Shown: piece after piece, positions 29,264 to 36,076 of the stretch
Numbering within the stretch: the stretch's first letter is position 1
Layout: every line of letters begins with the position of its first letter
From: an uncultured Fretibacterium sp.
GTDB taxonomy: Bacteria > Synergistota > Synergistia > Synergistales > Aminobacteriaceae
Direction of reading: 5' to 3'
Assembly (NCBI GenBank): GCA_946186205.1
Contig: CAMHMH010000010.1
Coordinates: 2,777-66,776 of the forward strand
DNA length: 64,000 nt
Position numbers and translations under genes: made by a program
Notes under the pieces: generated by a model
What the model was told of the DNA's origin: nothing
Seen by the model: only the letters and a program-made list of their open reading frames with translations
Databases searched by the model: none

Positions 29264-29388
29264 CGCGTTCACCTCAATTCTACAGGGCGGCTCCCCGTCG
29301 ACCGATGAGCCCTGTACCTCATCCGGGACTCCCTCGTGAAAATCATTATACCAGATAAAATTAGCACCTTATGTGATATGATACGTGC

Positions 29389-29462
29389 CATCCAGAAGAT
29401 AGCAGTGGCGATTTTATCTATCCTGTCAGAGAGATTGCGCCGCTGTTTTTATTGCCCTTCAT
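29389..29462 (-). pseudogene. Frameshifted paralog of the 44-aa small ORF
   Basis: The ATG (29460-29462, minus strand) gives MKGNKNSGAISLTG and then a stop. Adding one A to the A5 run would restore KKQRRNLSDRIDKIATAIFWMA, which is homologous to copy 1. Confidence 0.4.
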
Positions 29463-29509
29463 TATCTGCTACAATCCCACTAATCAATCACACACAGGAG
29501 GGATTTATT

Positions 29510-31510
29510 ATGCGAAGGAATTTATCACTCGCACTAATTCTTGTTCTCTTTTTTTCTTTCACACCTTCTCACGCACTCTCTATACGCGACAACTACGACA
29601 TAATCATAGCCGGAGCAGGCACAGGAGGAATCAGCGCGGCAATTCAGGCGGCCTCAATGGGCTCTGAAGTCCTCGTTGTAGAGTCGTCATCAATGCTCGG
29701 AGGCCAGGCAATCGCAGCAGGAGTCGCGAACATGGACGACCTTTCAGCGCAGAGGAGCGGAATATACGCCGACTTCATTTCGCGTGTCGAGGAGTATTAC
29801 TCAGCGCGGGGAAAATCCATCGGAACAAGCTACTGGGATCCGAGAAATTTAGCCTTTGAGCCTCACATAGGACTGCGAATCCTTCAGGAAATGGCACGAG
29901 GCGAGGAAGCACCCGACATTCTTTACGGGTCAGAAATTATTGCCGTCGGAAAAGAAGAAGTTATTTCCGTCAATGGCGAGAACGTCAGCGAGGCTCCACG
30001 AATCAACAGCGTAATCATTAAGACTCCTGAAGGAATGAAGAATATCACCTGCAAGATTCTCATTGACGCTACAGAATACGGCGACATTCTCCCGCTGGCA
30101 GGCGCGGACTACAGAGCAGGAAACTCAATCACGCCCAACATTAACCCAAACGCTATGATTCAGGACATAACATGGACAGCCGTTATCAGGAAATACCCCG
30201 GCGGAGTCCCTGAGCACCTCAAGCCTAAATCACCCCTTCCCGGCTACGACATGGCCCGCATAAATTACGCGAATTATGTCGCTAAGGACGGCTTCACCTT
30301 CAAGGGACAATACCCCGTAAAGCTCCCGGTAGATTTCATCACTCACAACGTTTACAGAGGACTCCCCGACTCTTTCACGCCCGGAAATTTTGACGCAACA
30401 CCAGAGAATTGGCCGTCAATCTCTAAATGCTCGGTCAACTGGGCTAATGATTTCCCCGGACAAAACAAGCTCGGAGACAAATACGGACTCCCAGTCTCAT
30501 ACTTGGAGGACAAAAACTTGCGCGCAAGGCTCGAACGCGACGCATTAATCAAAACTCTTCACTTCATTTACTACATGCAGAATGAGTTAGGCGAGTCATG
30601 GTCAGTTGATGAGAATGAATACGGCGAGCTTCAAGAGGCTGCAAAAGATCTCCCGGACGAATGGAAGATCATCGCACGTCATTTGCCCCCTGTCCCTTAC
30701 GTCAGAGAATCACGAAGGGGAGTCAGTAATCACACGCTAATCTCTCAGGAACTCTTCAGCAACTCATTAAGCTACAAAGACGGGCGCGGAAATAATGAGT
30801 TTCAGGACGCAATCGCAATCGGCTGCTATCATCTCGACTTGCATCACACGGACATCGAGTCGGATATGGAGTCAGACTTAGGCGAGAAGCAAGCGTACAT
30901 TGAGCAGCACAGGCCGCACGGAAATTTTCAGGTGCCAATGAACATTTTGATTCCCAGAAATGTTGACGGGCTAATACTCGCTGAGAAAAATTTATCGATG
31001 TCGAGACTCGTTGCAGGAGCTTTGAGACTTCAGCCAATCACAATGATGACAGGTCAAGCCGCCGGGGCTCTCGCTGCAATCTCTGTATCACGCAACATTC
31101 AGCCGAGATTCGTCAAGGCCGTTCACGTTCAGGAAGCACTGATTGATTCGGGGGCTAATCTCTCACTCTGCACTTACTCAGATGTTCCCGCTAATCACAA
31201 ATACTACAAGGCCGTACAGATCGCTAACCTCTATAAACTTCTTGAGCCGGAAAAATATCCCGATACAGTGTCTTATGATGTCGGCTACGATATAACATTC
31301 GCGCTCGACAATCCCGAACTCGTGAAGGAAATAGCAGAAGGCAAAGACAAAGGACTCTTCAAGCCCGATGACATTCTCAGCAACAAGGACAGGGAGAGTC
31401 TCATTGCCCGCGTGAAAGAATTAACAGGCCGTGAGATTTCACTGAAGGAAGGAAATATTACGAGGGGTGAAGCTGTGAGTCTCGCTGTTGAAGAATTGAA
31501 GAAAAATTAG
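29510..31510 (+). CDS. Secreted FAD-dependent oxidoreductase (FAD_oxidored-like)
   Basis: ATG at 29510 follows CAGGAGGG. Signal peptide MRRNLSLALILVLFFSF. DIIIAGAGTGGISAAIQAA dinucleotide-binding motif. The ORF portion upstream of 29510 is antisense to the small-ORF repeat. Confidence 0.75.
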   Translation: MRRNLSLALILVLFFSFTPSHALSIRDNYDIIIAGAGTGGISAAIQAASMGSEVLVVESSSMLGGQAIAAGVANMDDLSAQRSGIYADFISRVEEYYSARGKSIGTSYWDPRNLAFEPHIGLRILQEMARGEEAPDILYGSEIIAVGKEEVISVNGENVSEAPRINSVIIKTPEGMKNITCKILIDATEYGDILPLAGADYRAGNSITPNINPNAMIQDITWTAVIRKYPGGVPEHLKPKSPLPGYDMARINYANYVAKDGFTFKGQYPVKLPVDFITHNVYRGLPDSFTPGNFDATPENWPSISKCSVNWANDFPGQNKLGDKYGLPVSYLEDKNLRARLERDALIKTLHFIYYMQNELGESWSVDENEYGELQEAAKDLPDEWKIIARHLPPVPYVRESRRGVSNHTLISQELFSNSLSYKDGRGNNEFQDAIAIGCYHLDLHHTDIESDMESDLGEKQAYIEQHRPHGNFQVPMNILIPRNVDGLILAEKNLSMSRLVAGALRLQPITMMTGQAAGALAAISVSRNIQPRFVKAVHVQEALIDSGANLSLCTYSDVPANHKYYKAVQIANLYKLLEPEKYPDTVSYDVGYDITFALDNPELVKEIAEGKDKGLFKPDDILSNKDRESLIARVKELTGREISLKEGNITRGEAVSLAVEELKKN

Positions 31511-31655
31511 TGAGTCGATTCTGTTCCGTGAGTCTAAGAAGCGAATCGGCAATAAGTTCTTGATGACTATGAAACCGAATCAATCTCAAAATTTCAGAGA
31601 GTCGATTCTGTTCCGTGAGTCATAGAAGCGAATCGGAAATAAGTTTTTGATGAGT
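31511..31655 (+). repeat. Two direct copies (~88-nt period) of a short intergenic repeat
   Basis: GAGTCGATTCTGTTCCGTGAGTC(T/A)(A/T)AGAAGCGAATCGG(C/A)AATAAGTT(C/T)TTGATGA occurs at about 31512 and about 31600. The core AAGAAGCGAATCGGCAAT recurs inverted at 52638-52745. Confidence 0.8.
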
Positions 31656-31718
31656 GCAAAATGAAAAATGTAAACTGATTCAGATGCATTCGATTTTTTG
31701 AAGCCGTTATGCAACACT

Positions 31719-31757
31719 AAGGGAGGCCAAACGCACAAAGGGGAAGCCTCCTTTTTG
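31719..31757 (+). terminator. Probable Rho-independent terminator
   Basis: GGGAGGC...GCCTCC stem followed by TTTTT. Confidence 0.45.
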
Positions 31758-31855
31758 TTTGCAGAAATTACGCAATGAAAAATCGGTAAGCATTTTTTTT
31801 TTTCTAAGTATAATGTGCAATTATCCCTATACTTTTAAGAAAGGACTCATTCTGA

Positions 31856-33505
31856 ATGAACAGCGAATATTCACGAGAAGTCGAAAAATTATCAGCGGCG
31901 TTTGATGATGCTGTCTCAAACTCAGAGGCATTCACTCAGCAGGAAAAATCATCGTTCAACAATGAAATCTCAAACCGTGTGCTTCCTCTTCTCAATTCAC
32001 CCAAGCCGAAAATTTTGGTCTACGGAATCTACAACGGCGGCAAGTCTACCCTCGTAAACTCTATATGCGGGCGTGAAGTTGCATCAGTTGCTGACCGTCC
32101 CGAAACTCACAGGATTACAGCATATGACGCGGGAAAATATGTTCTTGTCGATTCTCCCGGCATTGACGCGCCTGAAGAAGACGAGAGAGTCGCGGACGAA
32201 CAAATTAAAGCGTGCCACATCATTTTGTTTGTTGTCAGCTCAAAGGGAGGATTTGAGAGCGAAACGAATTACCGCAAAATGCTCGACCTTATGAACAAGG
32301 GCATACCGTTTATCATCGTCCTTAATGACAGAGGCGTGCCAACAAATGAGGAAGCACAGCACCGCCGCGAGCTTCAGGATATACGCAGCAAAATCATCAA
32401 GAACCTCACGAAGTACAGCGGGCGTAATGACATCGAAAGAAAGTATGAAGTGATTGTAGTAAATGCTCTCAGGGCATGGCGCGGAGTCTCGGAAAACAAA
32501 GCGGGCTTCATATCGAACAGCCGAATCACAGACTTAACATCAAGGATTGATCAGCTACTCGAAAGCAAAGAAGTCCTGAAAATGTATCTCGCTCCCCTCT
32601 CAGCACTTGAGGAAGAAATCAACAGGGCAGAAGAATTACTCACAGCACGTAAGGTAACGGAAGATTTTGCGCGCAGAAGGTCAGCACTTCAGCAGAGAGT
32701 CACGGAGCTTCATTCGAGCATGGAGAACGCAATACGATACACGGCCTCAAAGTATACGGAAGAAATTTATCACAGCTTTCTCGGCGAGGGCGGGCGGAAT
32801 ATTGCGGACATTAACGCAGAAATAGCGAGCGAGGTTGATGGCAAGTATAAAGTTTCTGTTTCACCTGTTCTGACGTACATACGTAAATCATTTGCTGACA
32901 TAAACGTTACGGCGGACGAATCCGGGAATGTCGTTCTTGCGACTCCTGAAGTCAGCATGAAGCCTCGTGCGGTTTCTGGTGATGACAGCGGGAACTTGCC
33001 GGCATATTCGGACAAGAGCAGCCCGGCGGATTATGACACAGGGAGCATCACAAAAGCAGCGGCAGCAGGAGCGGCAACAGGGGCGGCAATCGGAAGCATT
33101 GTACCCGTAATAGGAACAGCAATAGGCACGGCAGGAGGAGCATTAATCGCGGGAGTCGGTGAATTTCTCCGTCAGATGTTCTCACGTGATGACAGTGAAA
33201 AGGAATTTGAGAGAAGATTGCGTGAAGTTGAAGCCTACAACAGACAGATAGAACAGAAATTCGAGGAGGACAAGCGCAGGAGGCAGGACGCACGAACGGC
33301 AGCAAACGCGCAAGTCAACAGCGCAGTTAAACAGCTCAGGTCAGCATATTCAGATCTCATAGACAAGACATTCAGCAAGGTTATACAGCTCATCGACTCA
33401 GCCGCCGCTAAAAATTCCGCAAGCAACGCCGCTATAGACGGGACAATGAATATACTTCTCGCGCTTAACGCAAATATTCACAATCTCCGTCAGAAAATCG
33501 CATAA
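31856..33505 (+). CDS. Dynamin-like P-loop GTPase 1 with a C-terminal glycine-zipper membrane segment and coiled coil
   Basis: G1 GIYNGGKST and G3 DSPG. Long helical C-terminus. AAAAGAATGAAIGSIVPVIGTAIGTAGGALIAGVG hydrophobic Gly-zipper. R/E/Q-rich coiled-coil tail. Confidence 0.6.
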   Translation: MNSEYSREVEKLSAAFDDAVSNSEAFTQQEKSSFNNEISNRVLPLLNSPKPKILVYGIYNGGKSTLVNSICGREVASVADRPETHRITAYDAGKYVLVDSPGIDAPEEDERVADEQIKACHIILFVVSSKGGFESETNYRKMLDLMNKGIPFIIVLNDRGVPTNEEAQHRRELQDIRSKIIKNLTKYSGRNDIERKYEVIVVNALRAWRGVSENKAGFISNSRITDLTSRIDQLLESKEVLKMYLAPLSALEEEINRAEELLTARKVTEDFARRRSALQQRVTELHSSMENAIRYTASKYTEEIYHSFLGEGGRNIADINAEIASEVDGKYKVSVSPVLTYIRKSFADINVTADESGNVVLATPEVSMKPRAVSGDDSGNLPAYSDKSSPADYDTGSITKAAAAGAATGAAIGSIVPVIGTAIGTAGGALIAGVGEFLRQMFSRDDSEKEFERRLREVEAYNRQIEQKFEEDKRRRQDARTAANAQVNSAVKQLRSAYSDLIDKTFSKVIQLIDSAAAKNSASNAAIDGTMNILLALNANIHNLRQKIA

Positions 33506-33519
33506 AGTGAGGTCATAAC

Positions 33520-34470
33520 ATGCTGTCAAAAAAAGATGCAGAAACTTTAGAGAGGCTCGCAGGTTCAGGCTTCCTTCAGAAATGGGAGGGACTCCGCAGA
33601 AAGTTTGACTCCGGCGAAAAAATCACAGTCGCTAATACAGGTCAGTACAGTTCCGGCAAAAGCACGCTCTTTAATGCTCTCTTGGGACGGGTTGACAATG
33701 AACGCTTCCAGACCGGCGCAATTCCCACGACGAAATCAGGAGACCGCGAGAGATTCTCGGACAATATTGATCTCATGGACACGCCCGGAATTGACGCGAA
33801 TCTTGCTGACGATGCAGAGGCCTTCAGGATGTTAATGGAGTCGGACATCATCATAATGACTCACAACGTCAAAACAGGAATGCTTAACCGTGCCGAATAT
33901 GACTGGCTGAAAAAAATTGCTGACGGGATCGGCTCTGAAAGCATTTCCGACAGGCTGATATTTGTCTCAACGTGGATTGACGAAATACAAGAGGAGTCAG
34001 ACCAGCAGAAATTGAGAGACGAAATACAGCGTCAAATCTCGGAGATAGTATCAGGAAAACAAATAGCATATTACGAGGTGTCAGCAAAAAGATATTACAC
34101 GGCCGTGAAGAAAGGCAATGCGAATCTCGAACGTGCCAGCAGAATCCCGGAATTAAGAGAAGGCCTCACAGGACGCGCGAAACTTTACGGGGCATCGCTT
34201 CAGGCTTTGAGGAAAAAAGAATTGTCCATGCTGTGCAGTGAGTCATGGGACGCTCTCCGATCTCTGAGAAATGAAAAGGACGGCGAGATTTCACGACGAA
34301 AGAAACGAATCCGTGAAAGGCATGACTCAGAGTTTGAGACTTGGCGGGGAATCAAGAACAGGTTCGAGTCAATGAGGCAGAATGTATTCAGCAAGCTGCA
34401 CACTATACGGCAGCATTTCGACAGCTCATCAGATTACCAGTCTTACGAGCGAAGAGTCTATGACATTTAG
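33520..34470 (+). CDS. Dynamin-like P-loop GTPase 2 (short form)
   Basis: G1 GQYSSGKST, G3 DTPG and a G4-like STWID. Paralog of residues 1 to ~290 of the 34892 ORF. Confidence 0.6.
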   Translation: MLSKKDAETLERLAGSGFLQKWEGLRRKFDSGEKITVANTGQYSSGKSTLFNALLGRVDNERFQTGAIPTTKSGDRERFSDNIDLMDTPGIDANLADDAEAFRMLMESDIIIMTHNVKTGMLNRAEYDWLKKIADGIGSESISDRLIFVSTWIDEIQEESDQQKLRDEIQRQISEIVSGKQIAYYEVSAKRYYTAVKKGNANLERASRIPELREGLTGRAKLYGASLQALRKKELSMLCSESWDALRSLRNEKDGEISRRKKRIRERHDSEFETWRGIKNRFESMRQNVFSKLHTIRQHFDSSSDYQSYERRVYDI

Positions 34471-34481
34471 GAGGGGTGAAC

Positions 34482-34892
34482 ATGGCGGTAATATTCTGGG
34501 CAGCAGCAGGAGCCGTAGTAGCGGCGGCCACGCACGGAGATCACAGCGCGCACAGCGATTACGACAATTACGGGAATTACGGGGACTACAGCGACGCAGC
34601 CGAAAGAAGGCGCAAGAGACGTGAGGGAATGAAGCCGGAAATAGAGTCCTCAGCAAATGAATTGTCAACCTACAAGAGAAGTATTGTAAACCCGCAGTTA
34701 AGCAGCCAGTCATTAAAGGCGGAAAAAGCAATGACTGTTGATGTTGATGCGATGGATTTAGACGCGAGGTCGAAGATCAACAGCAAGATAAATATTGAGG
34801 AGTTATCGCAGACGGGGGACTTGAGAAAAGAGCTTGATGAGATTGACGGGCTTCTTGCGAAAATTGCACACATAGGGAGCGAGAACAAGTAA
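34482..34892 (+). CDS. Small membrane protein with seven tandem [H/Y]-x-x triplets; C-terminal domain homologous to the tail of GTPase 3
   Basis: AGGAGG lies 7 nt before the ATG. N-terminal TM MAVIFWAAAGAVVAAAT, then HGD-HSA-HSD-YDN-YGN-YGD-YSD, then RRRKRRE. The C-terminus (YKRSIVNPQL...AMDLDARSK...LRKELDEIDGLLAKIAHIGSENK) aligns with the GTPase 3 tail. Confidence 0.7.
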   Translation: MAVIFWAAAGAVVAAATHGDHSAHSDYDNYGNYGDYSDAAERRRKRREGMKPEIESSANELSTYKRSIVNPQLSSQSLKAEKAMTVDVDAMDLDARSKINSKINIEELSQTGDLRKELDEIDGLLAKIAHIGSENK

Positions 34893-36076
34893 TGAACTTC
34901 TCAGCGGATGAGCTTTCACTTCTGGGAAAATATGCCGGATCTGAAACCGCAAGACGATGGGAGACTCTGCAAAAGAAGCTGGCTTCCGACGACAAAATCA
35001 CGATCGCTAACACCGGGCTTTACAATTCGGGAAAAAGTATGCTGTTCAATGCGATTCTTGACTGTACAGAAAATGAGCGTTTCAGCGTCGGGGACATGCC
35101 CACAACGAGAGAAGCAGACCGCGCAAGATTCACGGACAACATTGACCTAATGGACATGCCCGGAATTGGTACAGATCCTGCCGATAATGCAGAAGTCCCA
35201 AGTATGTTAATGGAGTCTGACATCATAATAATGACTCACAGGATCAACGCAGGAATGCTTAACCAAGCCGAATGTGAATGGCTGAAGAAGATTGCTGAAA
35301 ATATCGGTGCAGAAGCGATAAATGACAGGCTCATATTTGTATGCACAGCTATTGACCGAATAAGCAGCGAGGGTGAAAGGAACAAACTGCGGAATGAATT
35401 AATGCGTCAGGTTTCGGGTGCGTCATTCGGAAGGATGATTCAATTCTGGGAAGTCTCCTCAACTCGTTATTACAAGTCAAAGGCTGAGGGCAATTCCGAG
35501 CTTGAAGCAATGAGCGGTATACCTGCGCTCCGTGAATATCTTGTGTCTGAAGCTGAAAGACTTTCTCACATGGCCGGGGCAATAAGGAAAGCGGAAATTC
35601 TGAGGCTGTGCGCTGAAATATTATCTGCGCTGAGTGCAGCAAGAGAGTCTGTGATACGTGACTTTTCTGAACTCTCAGGGAAAATCCGCGAAAAATACAG
35701 AATGAAGCTAGAAGAATGGCAGGGAGTCCTGAAAACTTTCAGCAGAAAAAAGAGAGGAGATACTACAGGACTGAATCCTACAGGACTGTGGGGGAACATC
35801 GGCTCATTTTTCGGAAAAGAATACAGTACAAAGAAAGACACACTTTCAGACTATAAAGCAAAAATCGTAAACCCGTTCTTAGCCTCTGAGACTCTCATCA
35901 ATGCCAGCGCAATGGATGTTTCAGAGCAGGAAATGGACTCTGACGCACGTGGAAAACTCCGCTATGAGGAAGGCTACGAGGAAGCATCATCGACTCTTGA
36001 GCTTAGGCGCGAGCTTGAAATCATAGACGGACTGACAGCAAAATTTTCATACATAGAAAGCGAGAACAAACAATGA
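34892..36076 (+). CDS. Dynamin-like P-loop GTPase 3 (equivalent to a fusion of GTPase 2 and the small-protein C-domain)
   Basis: G1 GLYNSGKSM, G3 DMPG and a G4-like CTAID. Carries PTGLWGNIGSFFGKEY. The tail is YKAKIVNPFL...EMDSDARGK...LRRELEIIDGLTAKFSYIESENK. TAATG overlap with the preceding gene. Confidence 0.6.
   Translation: MNFSADELSLLGKYAGSETARRWETLQKKLASDDKITIANTGLYNSGKSMLFNAILDCTENERFSVGDMPTTREADRARFTDNIDLMDMPGIGTDPADNAEVPSMLMESDIIIMTHRINAGMLNQAECEWLKKIAENIGAEAINDRLIFVCTAIDRISSEGERNKLRNELMRQVSGASFGRMIQFWEVSSTRYYKSKAEGNSELEAMSGIPALREYLVSEAERLSHMAGAIRKAEILRLCAEILSALSAARESVIRDFSELSGKIREKYRMKLEEWQGVLKTFSRKKRGDTTGLNPTGLWGNIGSFFGKEYSTKKDTLSDYKAKIVNPFLASETLINASAMDVSEQEMDSDARGKLRYEEGYEEASSTLELRRELEIIDGLTAKFSYIESENKQ

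Noticed and set aside
29136-29509. The plus-strand ORF 29136-29339 and the 58-codon upstream extension of the FAD oxidoreductase ORF (from 29336).
   Set aside because: Both are antisense to the conserved small-ORF modules and lack Shine-Dalgarno sequences. The oxidoreductase has a clear Shine-Dalgarno and signal peptide at 29510.
31511-31655. The direct repeats could have been a small CRISPR array.
   Set aside because: There are only two copies, about 55 nt long, with a ~30-nt interval. They are not uniform 28-37-nt repeats with unique spacers, and no cas genes are present. The same core occurs inverted at 52.6 kb, which behaves like a REP/MITE-type repeat.
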